DNA of 37,751 nucleotides. Source: a virus (lineage: Duplodnaviria > Caudoviricetes). Positions 1-10,308 of this stretch are shown piece by piece (the first letter of the stretch is position 1; every line of letters begins with the position of its first letter). The stretch lies in IMG/VR virus record IMGVR_UViG_3300012953_000079, positions 1 through 37,751 of that record; one strand, given 5' to 3'. Below the pieces are notes generated by a model. That model ran no database searches. It saw only the letters and a program-made list of their open reading frames with translations, and had not been told where the DNA came from. The position numbers and the translations under genes are program-made.

Positions 1-8
1 ACTCATAA

Positions 9-335
9 TTATTTACTACTTAAGTTAACTTCAGAATTTACTGCATATAATTCACAGAATTCTGTTGATGTATTTTTAAAAGTTGTTGTGGCATGATAGC
101 CAAGCACCCCATTACTATGTATTACATTATTTTTATTAAACATAAAGTATGCATTATCTTGAGGTGGTTTAGCTGTAGAAAGCACATTAACTACAAAAGA
201 TAATCTATCTTCTGCTACGCTTACACAGCTTCCAAGTTGTACCTTTTCATTATTCAAATCTAAATAATAAACTAAATCTGTTGGTTGTAAAGATACATTT
301 ATTTTTTTTGTAAAAGTAATAGTTTTATTAGCCAT
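9..335 (-). CDS. Conserved hypothetical tail-associated protein (108 aa)
   Basis: ATG ORF starting 2 nt after the stop of the 2480-aa tail gene; position in the tail module. Confidence 0.6.
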   Translation of the reverse strand: MANKTITFTKKINVSLQPTDLVYYLDLNNEKVQLGSCVSVAEDRLSFVVNVLSTAKPPQDNAYFMFNKNNVIHSNGVLGYHATTTFKNTSTEFCELYAVNSEVNLSSK

Positions 336-337
336 AA

Positions 338-3300
338 TTATAATATATAAGAATTTCTATTAGATGCAGGTGAAATAGTTTTATTTCTTTGTCCATATAG
401 CTGATAAGCTTTACTTTTAGATCGAGAACTAGACCAATTAGTAAATATTGTAGCAATACTTCCCCGTGTCATATCACGGTTCCAAGCACTACTAAACATA
501 TGGAACATAGATATATTAGCTGCCGAAATCAAATATCCTTGAGTTCCTAATGTATAATTTAAAGTTAATGTGCTTTTTAATTCAATGCTACTGTTATTTC
601 CATTATAATTTTTCTTACTTTCCATTTCTCCTCCTGTTAAGGTTCTTCCTTTTCTAATATGTCTAGTATGAAAACTTCCTTGGTATTTATTTAATGCCTC
701 CTCTGTTAAACCTTCTATGCGCATTTCAATACCAATATCTTTTAAATCTTGGCCACGTACAGTATTAGCATTTTCAAATAAACTTTTTGCATTAGCAACT
801 TGTGTAGGTGTTTGAAATACCCATTTTGCATCTAAAACATCTGTAGTTCTAAATGAATCACCAAAAGCAAAACTATTAATAAACCCTCTTGGACCTTCAA
901 AAAAGTTCATATTTGGAATTAAATTTGCAATATGCGTTGGAATATTTGCTTTTATATCTAAAATTTCTTGTATTCTTCCAGTACCTGTATTAATACGATA
1001 TATTTTATTTAATGCAGTATCTTTTATAAAAGGTCCTGATGGGCCCAAGGATATACTTCCACCAAATCCTGTTCCAGGGTCATAACCGGGTGCTACCCAT
1101 GCATTTACTTTAGGTTTTGAAGTTGAAAAATCTAAATTCCAATATCCATAGTCTAAGTTTTTTGTTAATGCTTCAGCAGCTTTTTGAGTTGCAGCCGGTA
1201 AAGTAGTTTTATTTTTAACATTTTCTTTAAAATCAATTCCTGCATTTACATCTATTAATCCAACTTTTTTACCTGCTGGTATATTTGCAGTATTTAATAA
1301 TATATTTACTGTTAAAATAGATTGATAAGTAGAAGAATTGTTAGTTACTTCAAACCCACCTGAAACTGAAATATTACTTCCACCTTGAATTGGCGCGTAT
1401 GAACCAGATGATGCTAAAGAAAGTTCAGTATTACTACCTCCTATAAATGTAATAGAGTTATTTGTATTAGACCATTTGCTAAATTTTTGTTGATCAGGCT
1501 GATTACTTCTTCTATCTATTGTATATGTAAATTGAATTAATTTTGTTCCTGATGCAGCTGTAGTTTTATTTGAAATTTTATTTTTAAATATAGGCCATGC
1601 TGCAGCAAAATTGCCACCCTGTGACATAAAATCATTTACACCTAAAACTCTTATTAAATTTTTAGCTTGTACTTGATAATCCACAGTTTGAACAAATGTT
1701 TGCACTATAGCTTTTGTAGGCCTAATAGTAAGAGCCGTATCAGCATCAGGCATATTAAATCTACCTGGTTTAAAATCAATAAATAAATTACTACCTCTTT
1801 GTCTTAGATCAAGTGTATCGTCATCATTATATGTTGAGGTAACATTGTTATTAGAAGAATCAAATATATCAAAATCATCAGCTGTAGTTCCTGGTATTAA
1901 CTCTTTTCCAGAAGCAATAGCAAGTTGATATGTATATACACTATTTGTACTTGCAGGTAAACCGGCACTTCCATTTATTGTATTTGGACTTGCTTGTGTT
2001 ATAGTATATAAACCACCTGATGAAGTATCAGTACCACCTGTAGTTGTTGCATTAAATGTTGTAGTTATTGTAACATTTTTGCCTACATAATCAGCTAAAT
2101 CTATAAAAACTTCATCATCATGGTCTACAGAAGCTATATCTATTGCGAATTGAAGTTTTAAAAGATTTGTATTTGACCCACCGCTGGGTGTTAAAGCTGA
2201 TAATAATATATTAGAAAAAACAATAGTATTAATACCTGTTGTATCTGGAACTATTTCAAAATCATCATCATTTGGAGATCGTAATACTTTATGATTAGCA
2301 GCTGTAACAGTTAACTCAATAAAACTAGCTGATGATAATCTAGTTCCTGAATTAACAATAAAATAAGTAAAATCTGAAAAAGAACCAAAGTTTGCTACAA
2401 CTTTAACTGTTCTTTTAACTTGTGCAACTCTATTTATAGTAATATTACCTTGCCAGCTATTTGTATCAAATTCTGTTAATGTGCCTTCTGTAAAAGCAAT
2501 TGTAAATGTATTACTTGCTGTGCCAGCAGGAAATAACAATTGAACATTAAGTTTACCACTATTATCTATTGTTAATGTTTCCTCTTGAAGTGTACTTGAT
2601 GAATCTGTAAATTTATATTTTATTATTGCTCCTTCTTCTCCGAAAATTTCTAATGTTCTTGTTTGCGTTGTAAATATTGCATTTGACGTATCTAATATTC
2701 TTGAAGATATTTTTTTATCTTGTGGTTTTACACTTGAAGCAACAGCAGTTATTTTATAATCTCTTCCTGTTTCTGTAGAGGATGGTAATACTGTTTTTTC
2801 TATAATTCTATATTCTACACCCTTTGCTATTTCTGTTATAATTAATCTAATTGCAGGATTATCACATATTATGTCTGATGGAAATATTTCAAAATCTGTA
2901 TCAGCTGTTATAGTTCTTTCTAATATTGTTTTTTCAGTGTTTGGTTTACCGGTTAAGGTATAAGTATCATCTGTGATATTAGAAGTTACGCCTTCTAATT
3001 TTTGAGTATGTGCTCCACTTAAAGAAACATTATTTTGCACCATTTTACCACTAAATAACAATTTAATAGTAGTGCTAGAATCAGGTTGTTTTATTATTCC
3101 ATGTGTATAATTAATTAATACACCTGTTCCATTTTGTGCAACTGTTGAATTAAGTTTATCTGTAAACCCTGTTTTTGTTATTTGTTTAAAATCTTTAGCA
3201 ACTAATGTAAACCCAACCGGTGGAGTTAATGCTATTACCGCAACTGTTTGACTAATTCTTTCATTTGGTAATTTTACTATATTAAATTCTGATGATGTTA

Positions 3301-6300
3301 CATTTAATAAATTATCTATTTCTGCTAAAAATTTTAAAGTAGTATTTGTTCTGTTATCTGATATTGTATCCATACTAGATGGTCTACCTATACCTTGAAA
3401 ATTAAACTTTTTTAAATCTAAATTAGATACTGTTTTATTTTCACCTGAAATATTTGCAAAATATTTATTTTCTTTACTTTTAAAAGATATGTCATTTGAT
3501 TTTTCTAAATCTGTTTTTATATCAGCAGTCCATCCTTTTGTGCCTTCGTAAACTAATGTTCTAAACTTTTTTACAGCAGAAGGATCATCATTTATTTCTA
3601 ATTGTACCTCTGAAAATCCTTGTACCCCATAAAAATTATTTCTAGGCACGCCAGAAGCCCCATGTGCCCACATATCTCCATTAGAAAAAGTATAATAAGT
3701 GCTATTTAATGAAATTGCGTATTGAGGTACGAATGATTTTCTTGTAGACCAACCATTTATTGCTTCAGAAAAACAAACAGTATCATTGTCAGTGTTAAAA
3801 GAAAGATTATATAAATTATTACCTTCATCATAAGAACCAAAAATAGTTTGAGTTGTTTCTAATCTATCACTAAAAAAGTCACTCATATTAACATCTGAAA
3901 TAGGCGTTAATCCATCTTTAGATAATCTAAATATTTTTCCGTTTTTACGATCTACAAAATAACATCTAAATCCAAAAGCAGAAAAAGATTGTGGATCATT
4001 AGATATACCAAAGTCTCCGTTGTATTCTATAGGATCTCCTATTACTCTGTTAGTAGAAATTAAATTTGTAGAGCCGTCTGCATTGAATAATGCTGATTTA
4101 TTGGCTGGAGTTCTTAATACTTTATTTTCTAAAAAAACAACTAAACTATCGTCCCAAGCATGCAATTTTTGTATTTTACCATATGAAGGTAAGAAGTTTT
4201 TAGTAATAGATTCAGCCTGAATAAATTGATTAGAATTATTTACAGAAGAATTTGGATTAATAATACCGCTCCAAATAAGACCATTATATACACGTTCTTC
4301 TTTATAACCCTCTTCTAATACTGTAGAAGCTTTTACTCCATTTTTAATAAAAGGCGCATTAAAATCATCTCTAATTCTATTAGATTCAACGCCATTACCA
4401 AAACTAAAACAATTAAAATATTTTAAAGTTTGTGTAGTGCCATGATCTATTATTGTATATGCTTTTTCAGTTTCAAAATAAATGTCTAAATCTGTTTTAC
4501 TTTCTAATGGTTCTGTTTCAAATATACCAGGATTAATTACGGTAGTTTTTTCATTATCTCTTTCCTCTAATATTTCCATTCTAGGTTCATTATCCCATGT
4601 ATCTTGACCCCTTACACATATATCATCTAATAAAGGTTGGAATTCACCGTCATCATTAACAAATCTAAAATTTATTCTTTTAAAATGCTTACGGCTTGCA
4701 CTTCCCATTTTTTCTTTAAATCTTTCAACATATACGCTACCTATTTCGTAAATTTGATTATCTCCAACAGGTGTACCGTCGTTATTTATAAATCTTACAA
4801 AATTTCCAACTTTTGCTCTTTTAGCTAGCTGTTCTACTACAGCTTCCATCTTATATGTAGCACATTCGAGAGAAATATTATATTCTAAACTTCCAACTTT
4901 TAATCTTTTGCCACTTTTTTCATCTGAGCCAGGAGTAGCATTACCACCATGACTTACAACAAAATCATTAGTAGGATCTTTACGAGCATTGTCTCTTCCC
5001 CTAGATGTATTATCATATTTATTGTTATTTCTTTTACCATCTTCATTTTTAGAATAAACTCCAATTAAAGGTATAGACTCTTTAGCAAAATATTCTTTAC
5101 CACCAAAAGTTTCTTTTATAATGCCATCTTGTAAAGTTGAATTAATTCTTATTTTAACAAAAAATCTACCGTCAAATTCTTTATCTCCAGCAGCAGAAAA
5201 TTCTTCACTAATATTTATATTAACTCCAAAATTAGTCGTAGTATCACCAATATTTTCACTAGCTTTTTGATATATTATTTCTACATCCTCATCAAATGGT
5301 TCTTCAAAATCTATTTTTATTTCAATGTCGCCTGATGGATGTTGAGACAATCTTTTAATTTTATAAGGTCTACTTTCTTTGCCTAAGTATTCAAAACTAG
5401 CAAATCTTCCAGGCCTAATTTCTTTAGTGTCAGCTAAAGGAACACCATCACTACCGTTTGCTTCTTTTATTTGTATAGACGCAAAGTCTTTTAAAGGTGC
5501 ATTGTTAGCAGCATTGGTTTTATTTGTAACTGTTGTTCCACCATTATTCCCTCCATAATCATCTGTAAAAACAATATCTCCTAATGATAAAATTACTCTT
5601 TTTCTTGCTGTAATAAACTCTGGAGGTTCGTTAGATATATCAATTATTTTATATCTATTGTCTTCTGCTATTACAGCTTTATTATTACCATGATTTTTCT
5701 TAAAAAGTAAATAGTTTTCTTCTGTTACTTTATTTCTATCTGCTGAAGGAAAACTTATATACATAAATCCGTTTTCTTCATCAGGATAAAATCGATCAGA
5801 TGCTAAATTATAATATTCATTAGAAGATTCTTTTATAAAATATTTAAAATATTTAGCCCAAGCAGGAGCAGTATTATTTAATTTTATTTTAAATTCATTT
5901 GTATCAATACTACTACTTTTAGGTATTGTAATAACACTGTTTTTTCCGGCTAAAACAGGAGTTTGTCTATTGTATTCATCAACATAAATAACTCCAAATT
6001 CATAAGTTCTGTCAGACTTTAAACTATTTTTGCTATCATCGGTTTTTTTATTTATAATAATAGTAAAATCAGGATCATTATATATATTATAATTTTGTAC
6101 ATAATTACCGTATATTATTCTATTAGAAACAACCTCTTGTGCTTTTGCTCTTTTTGGTATATTATCCCATTGTCTAAGTAATTGTTTATTATCAACAGTA
6201 GATTTAATTTGTTCTTTTGTAATCTCAAATGTTCCAAAAAAGTCTTTTCTTTTTTCATTTGAAATTATATAAACATTATTATCATTATCTTTTTTTAATA

Positions 6301-7780
6301 ATATATCAATCTCTTTTACATTTTCATCACCTAGCTCAATATCGTTTAATATTATTTTTCTAGCAATGTTTACAGCACCTTCATTATGTGCATTTTTACC
6401 ATCGTATTTAAAATCACCCGGCAAAAAAGCTACTTCAGAAAATGGAGAAAATGTAGAATATGTATTATCATTGTATTTCCATCTATAAGCAAATCTTGGA
6501 AATGTTAATTCATATATAGGGTTGTCCTGCATTAATTCTTGATTTAATACATATGTCTTATCATCAGGTGTTTCTGTATATGATAATATATTAAAAGTAA
6601 TTTGTTTAGAATTAACTAATATTTCTGTTATGATAGCTACAGCTTCCCACTCTTGTGGTTCATCATTACCACTTATATCTTTTTCATTGGGGGTACTAAG
6701 TATTTTATCTCCAACTTTCCAATCAGGTAATTGAGCATATGTTATAGTAAACGATGGATCTGAATTATCAGGTCTTACTAAAACATTACTAGTATAAAGA
6801 TTTTTTTGTACAGTAGCAGTTATTTCTCCATCTCTTACTGTATTTTTTAAAACTAAACTAGGCGCTGTTTGTGGAGCTTTTCTTGCTACAATTATATCTT
6901 TTTCTTCAAATTCTTTTTCAAATTTTTGTTTAATATTTTTACTAATGAATATTTCACCTTTTATTTTTGTTTGTTCAGTTTTTGAATAAGAACCATCATC
7001 TAATAATAATTCATCTGAATATCTTCTAAAATCATTTATATTTATAGCTCTTGGCTGATTTAAATTATCATTAAAATATAAAATATTATTTAATATATTA
7101 GCAGCTGTAATTAAATGGTTTTTACTAAAATCCAAAACACTACTATTTGAAAATTCAAATTTAACAGTTAAATCTCCTAAGTCTGTATTTGTATATTTTA
7201 CATTTTTAAATATATATCCACTTTCAGGATCTAAACATAAAATAGTATTTTTAGGTATAGTTAAAGATATTGAAGGATTATCAACAGTAAGTATAACATT
7301 ATTAGTAATTAACGCTTCTTGATTTGTTGTTGTAGGAAAACTTGCATCATCTATATTAAAAATTTCTTTAGCTTCGGGTATAGATAAATTATCAATAATT
7401 AAATCATTATTAATATTGCTTCTAAAAACTAAAGAATTTATTGTATTTGTTGAATTTGTTTTTGGGTCTATAACTATAGCACATATTTTTTTAGTTAAAG
7501 TATTATATTCATATATACCATCTAATTCATCTGAAGTTACAAACCAATATACAGTTTTATTAAGTTTATCAGATACAGCACCAATACATATACCATTAGT
7601 TAATTCTAATGAGGAAATAGCATCATTACCTAATACATTTTCAATAGCACCTACATCTGAGCCTTCAGAGGTAGACACTTGAATATTTAAAGCGTCTCTA
7701 TATTCACCATTAGGAATAAGTCTTTCGTCAAGGTCTTTATTCATTCGACCTGACGTGAACGTATGCTTTAATTCAGCCAT
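338..7780 (-). CDS. Large tail stabilisation/nozzle (muzzle-like) protein with a long beta-rich C-terminal extension (2480 aa)
   Basis: N-terminus MAELKHTFTSGRMNKDLDERLIPNGEYRDALN and later GNGVESNRIRDDFN / YNGDFGISNDPQSF segments resemble tail stabilisation proteins of crAss-like/Bacteroidetes podoviruses; follows two ring-protein genes. Confidence 0.7.
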   Translation of the reverse strand: MAELKHTFTSGRMNKDLDERLIPNGEYRDALNIQVSTSEGSDVGAIENVLGNDAISSLELTNGICIGAVSDKLNKTVYWFVTSDELDGIYEYNTLTKKICAIVIDPKTNSTNTINSLVFRSNINNDLIIDNLSIPEAKEIFNIDDASFPTTTNQEALITNNVILTVDNPSISLTIPKNTILCLDPESGYIFKNVKYTNTDLGDLTVKFEFSNSSVLDFSKNHLITAANILNNILYFNDNLNQPRAININDFRRYSDELLLDDGSYSKTEQTKIKGEIFISKNIKQKFEKEFEEKDIIVARKAPQTAPSLVLKNTVRDGEITATVQKNLYTSNVLVRPDNSDPSFTITYAQLPDWKVGDKILSTPNEKDISGNDEPQEWEAVAIITEILVNSKQITFNILSYTETPDDKTYVLNQELMQDNPIYELTFPRFAYRWKYNDNTYSTFSPFSEVAFLPGDFKYDGKNAHNEGAVNIARKIILNDIELGDENVKEIDILLKKDNDNNVYIISNEKRKDFFGTFEITKEQIKSTVDNKQLLRQWDNIPKRAKAQEVVSNRIIYGNYVQNYNIYNDPDFTIIINKKTDDSKNSLKSDRTYEFGVIYVDEYNRQTPVLAGKNSVITIPKSSSIDTNEFKIKLNNTAPAWAKYFKYFIKESSNEYYNLASDRFYPDEENGFMYISFPSADRNKVTEENYLLFKKNHGNNKAVIAEDNRYKIIDISNEPPEFITARKRVILSLGDIVFTDDYGGNNGGTTVTNKTNAANNAPLKDFASIQIKEANGSDGVPLADTKEIRPGRFASFEYLGKESRPYKIKRLSQHPSGDIEIKIDFEEPFDEDVEIIYQKASENIGDTTTNFGVNINISEEFSAAGDKEFDGRFFVKIRINSTLQDGIIKETFGGKEYFAKESIPLIGVYSKNEDGKRNNNKYDNTSRGRDNARKDPTNDFVVSHGGNATPGSDEKSGKRLKVGSLEYNISLECATYKMEAVVEQLAKRAKVGNFVRFINNDGTPVGDNQIYEIGSVYVERFKEKMGSASRKHFKRINFRFVNDDGEFQPLLDDICVRGQDTWDNEPRMEILEERDNEKTTVINPGIFETEPLESKTDLDIYFETEKAYTIIDHGTTQTLKYFNCFSFGNGVESNRIRDDFNAPFIKNGVKASTVLEEGYKEERVYNGLIWSGIINPNSSVNNSNQFIQAESITKNFLPSYGKIQKLHAWDDSLVVFLENKVLRTPANKSALFNADGSTNLISTNRVIGDPIEYNGDFGISNDPQSFSAFGFRCYFVDRKNGKIFRLSKDGLTPISDVNMSDFFSDRLETTQTIFGSYDEGNNLYNLSFNTDNDTVCFSEAINGWSTRKSFVPQYAISLNSTYYTFSNGDMWAHGASGVPRNNFYGVQGFSEVQLEINDDPSAVKKFRTLVYEGTKGWTADIKTDLEKSNDISFKSKENKYFANISGENKTVSNLDLKKFNFQGIGRPSSMDTISDNRTNTTLKFLAEIDNLLNVTSSEFNIVKLPNERISQTVAVIALTPPVGFTLVAKDFKQITKTGFTDKLNSTVAQNGTGVLINYTHGIIKQPDSSTTIKLLFSGKMVQNNVSLSGAHTQKLEGVTSNITDDTYTLTGKPNTEKTILERTITADTDFEIFPSDIICDNPAIRLIITEIAKGVEYRIIEKTVLPSSTETGRDYKITAVASSVKPQDKKISSRILDTSNAIFTTQTRTLEIFGEEGAIIKYKFTDSSSTLQEETLTIDNSGKLNVQLLFPAGTASNTFTIAFTEGTLTEFDTNSWQGNITINRVAQVKRTVKVVANFGSFSDFTYFIVNSGTRLSSASFIELTVTAANHKVLRSPNDDDFEIVPDTTGINTIVFSNILLSALTPSGGSNTNLLKLQFAIDIASVDHDDEVFIDLADYVGKNVTITTTFNATTTGGTDTSSGGLYTITQASPNTINGSAGLPASTNSVYTYQLAIASGKELIPGTTADDFDIFDSSNNNVTSTYNDDDTLDLRQRGSNLFIDFKPGRFNMPDADTALTIRPTKAIVQTFVQTVDYQVQAKNLIRVLGVNDFMSQGGNFAAAWPIFKNKISNKTTAASGTKLIQFTYTIDRRSNQPDQQKFSKWSNTNNSITFIGGSNTELSLASSGSYAPIQGGSNISVSGGFEVTNNSSTYQSILTVNILLNTANIPAGKKVGLIDVNAGIDFKENVKNKTTLPAATQKAAEALTKNLDYGYWNLDFSTSKPKVNAWVAPGYDPGTGFGGSISLGPSGPFIKDTALNKIYRINTGTGRIQEILDIKANIPTHIANLIPNMNFFEGPRGFINSFAFGDSFRTTDVLDAKWVFQTPTQVANAKSLFENANTVRGQDLKDIGIEMRIEGLTEEALNKYQGSFHTRHIRKGRTLTGGEMESKKNYNGNNSSIELKSTLTLNYTLGTQGYLISAANISMFHMFSSAWNRDMTRGSIATIFTNWSSSRSKSKAYQLYGQRNKTISPASNRNSYIL

Positions 7781-7783
7781 GTA

Positions 7784-8698
7784 TTAGTGTTTAATGTGTT
7801 TAGACTTACCTCTCATAGTTTGAGTCAAGTCTGTAATATTTATTTTAGCTAACCTAAGCTTAGCAGATCTTATAGATGCTCTTTTTTCTTTTTTTAATCT
7901 GTTTATTTGATATTCAGGAACATTTGATTTTGCAGTCATAATACCATGTGCTATACACTTATATAATGCTTCTTCTGCAAACTTATGAACTCTCATGTCC
8001 CCGTCTGAACTTAGCCCGTCAGAAATATATTTTATAGTAATTACTTTGTTTTTTAAATCACTTGAAAAAGATATAGTACCATTATTATCATCTATAATAA
8101 AAAAACCTGATCTTGTTGCTGTTGTAGGATCTAATCCATATCTTTTACCAAAATCAACGTTATACCCATAACCTTCTTCTAAAAAATTTATACTGCTGTC
8201 TGTTGTTGTAATAGACGTATCATTTGTAGATGTTTGAAATCTTTGTACAGTTAATGAAGAAGAACCAGTTAATAAATTTCCATTTGAATCAAATAAATAA
8301 TTATAATCTGAATCTTGAAGTACAGAAACAGGAGCACTTGATACTGGACTAGGTTTAATAGGTCTTTCAATACCGTTGTCATCTACCATAGATATTTGTG
8401 CATAACTTACAAAATCATGTGGTAAGTCTACACTAAGCGAGGGAGGTAATTCTATTTCCTGTGTTTTTAAATTATTTATAGTATCATAATTTAATTCTTG
8501 GATACCTCTTTGTGCATGAAAAGCAACTTCTGCTCTTTTTACACTTTTAATTATTTTATCATCTCCGACTTGTGATACTATAAAATTATTTATAATATCA
8601 GTAACTGAAATAAATTGATAATTACCTTTTTCGGTTCCAGCATAATATTCTTTGGGAGTTTGATTTGTTCCGTCTGTGTTGTAGGTTCCTAGTGCCAT
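7784..8698 (-). CDS. Tail tubular/ring (adaptor) protein (304 aa)
   Basis: LPHDFVSY and IKYISDG...VHKFAEEAL motifs typical of podovirus ring proteins; lies between capsid and nozzle genes. Confidence 0.6.
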   Translation of the reverse strand: MALGTYNTDGTNQTPKEYYAGTEKGNYQFISVTDIINNFIVSQVGDDKIIKSVKRAEVAFHAQRGIQELNYDTINNLKTQEIELPPSLSVDLPHDFVSYAQISMVDDNGIERPIKPSPVSSAPVSVLQDSDYNYLFDSNGNLLTGSSSLTVQRFQTSTNDTSITTTDSSINFLEEGYGYNVDFGKRYGLDPTTATRSGFFIIDDNNGTISFSSDLKNKVITIKYISDGLSSDGDMRVHKFAEEALYKCIAHGIMTAKSNVPEYQINRLKKEKRASIRSAKLRLAKINITDLTQTMRGKSKHIKH

Positions 8699-8701
8699 CT
8701 A

Positions 8702-9409
8702 TTATGATTTTTCTTTTTGTGTTTTTAAACTGTCTTTAGTTTCCGCTACCTGACTTATTTCAGGTTGTTTTATTACTAATCCAGCATAAGCTAATATTTT
8801 ATATACTAATACAGTTTCTTCTGATTCGTGTAATTCAAAATCAACAGCAGACGAAGAATCAAATAGCTTTACCATATCTGTTGAATTATCATCTGTAACC
8901 TCCACGTGAGCCCATTGAGCTGTAGCGGGTTTTTTAATATATGAAGCTGCTATTTCTGTATTGGAAGTAATTGTTGTAGGATATACTTTTATTAGTAATC
9001 CTGATCTAGTATATATAGGCCTTGTAGTATCAGGCTTAGTTAAGGGTGAAGTATTTATATATAAAAATTCTATTTGATCAATTGGTTCAACTTCAATTGA
9101 ATCATTATAATAAACTGTGCCTAACCTATATAGATCTGACGGCAATGCATATGTATCTGTTGAATAAGTTAATGCTGCTGTCTTTTTAAATAGACTTATT
9201 TTTTCTTTTATATTTTTTACAATATTTGCAAACTCATTATTGATTTGGCCACCTCTGTTAAATTGTGTTAAATCATAAAAGTATTGTTCAAATATTTCTA
9301 ATTGTGCTTGATTAGCTAAAAGATTAAATTCTTGTGGTGTCATATAACCACGATTTTCTTTATTCAAAATTGCTAATACTCTTTGATATACTGTATCTAC
9401 GCTAACCAT
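8702..9409 (-). CDS. Tail tubular/ring (head-tail adaptor) protein (235 aa)
   Basis: NKENRGYMTPQEFNLLANQAQ, LPSDLY and YIKKP..AQW motifs of ring-type proteins; synteny. Confidence 0.6.
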   Translation of the reverse strand: MVSVDTVYQRVLAILNKENRGYMTPQEFNLLANQAQLEIFEQYFYDLTQFNRGGQINNEFANIVKNIKEKISLFKKTAALTYSTDTYALPSDLYRLGTVYYNDSIEVEPIDQIEFLYINTSPLTKPDTTRPIYTRSGLLIKVYPTTITSNTEIAASYIKKPATAQWAHVEVTDDNSTDMVKLFDSSSAVDFELHESEETVLVYKILAYAGLVIKQPEISQVAETKDSLKTQKEKS

Positions 9410-9424
9410 ATTAATTATTATTTT

Positions 9425-9459
9425 AGTGTATAGGGCTACCTTATAGCAGCCCTACCACT
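9425..9459 (-). terminator. Intergenic stem-loop (terminator or mRNA-stabilising hairpin)
   Basis: Minus strand TAGGGCTGC-TATAAG-GTAGCCCTA with flanking AGTG/CACT pairing; no clear U-tract. Confidence 0.5.
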
Positions 9460-9469
9460 ATAAGATAAA

Positions 9470-10234
9470 TTATTTTAATTTTTTATCTATTGATTTGTAA
9501 ACCTGTGTACCTTCATCAGTTTTTAAATATGCAGCAAATGCTGAATATGGATTTTCTTCAAAAGGAACTGTCATCAATTTCTTTTTATTTTTTGCCCAAT
9601 AAAAATTTCTTTGATCACCATCTAAATCAATTATGCCAGCTTCAACTGCTTTAATAGCAAAGTTTCTTAACTGAACATTTTCATCTTTAACAAGATTTAT
9701 AAAAAGAGCTGCATTGTTTTTTGCAAATAATAGCAAATCTCTTTTTATTTCTTTACTAGTTAAACTAACAACTGAAGATCCTTGTTCAACTCTAAGTACT
9801 GCTTCAGCATGGTCTAAATCTAATTCTTTAGCTAAATTTAAAGCTTCTATTTCTAATTCTAAATCTACTAAGTCGTCTTTAGCTTCTTCTACACTATCAA
9901 CCTCTGTATAAAAATTGTTTTTACCAGGATGGTAAATTGAAAGTAATTTTTGCAAACATTGATTAGTCCTAGATACAAATAGTGCACCGTCTTTAAAAAC
10001 AATATGAGCTAAAGTAACATGCCCTTTTTGTTCATCTCTAAATGGACTTTGTTGATTAGTAGCATATCTTAATTCTCTAGCATATCCTTTTTCTTCGTCA
10101 AACCAAAGAAGAGGAGTTCTTGAGTGATGTTTAGATGCTAATGTAAATGTTATAGGTGTTTGTCCACCCGTTAATAGATAAGTTCTGTCTTTTATTTCCC
10201 AGTTTTTTTCAACAGGAATTGTTTTTGTTTTCAT
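9470..10234 (-). CDS. Conserved protein downstream of the major capsid gene (254 aa; start corrected to MKTKTIP)
   Basis: The longer 269-aa call starts inside the terminator hairpin; the ATG at 10234 has an A-rich leader. Confidence 0.65.
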   Translation of the reverse strand: MKTKTIPVEKNWEIKDRTYLLTGGQTPITFTLASKHHSRTPLLWFDEEKGYARELRYATNQQSPFRDEQKGHVTLAHIVFKDGALFVSRTNQCLQKLLSIYHPGKNNFYTEVDSVEEAKDDLVDLELEIEALNLAKELDLDHAEAVLRVEQGSSVVSLTSKEIKRDLLLFAKNNAALFINLVKDENVQLRNFAIKAVEAGIIDLDGDQRNFYWAKNKKKLMTVPFEENPYSAFAAYLKTDEGTQVYKSIDKKLK

Positions 10235-10256
10235 AATATGATATAATAAAATTGTT

Positions 10257-10300
10257 AAAAGTAAAGGCAAGGGCACCAATTAAGATGCCCTTAGCTTTAC
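10257..10300 (-). terminator. Intrinsic terminator after the major capsid gene
   Basis: Minus strand GTAAAGCTAAGGGCATC-TTAATT-GGTGCCCTTGCCTTTAC followed by TTTT, 8 nt after the capsid stop codon. Confidence 0.75.
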
Positions 10301-10308
10301 ATAAAATA

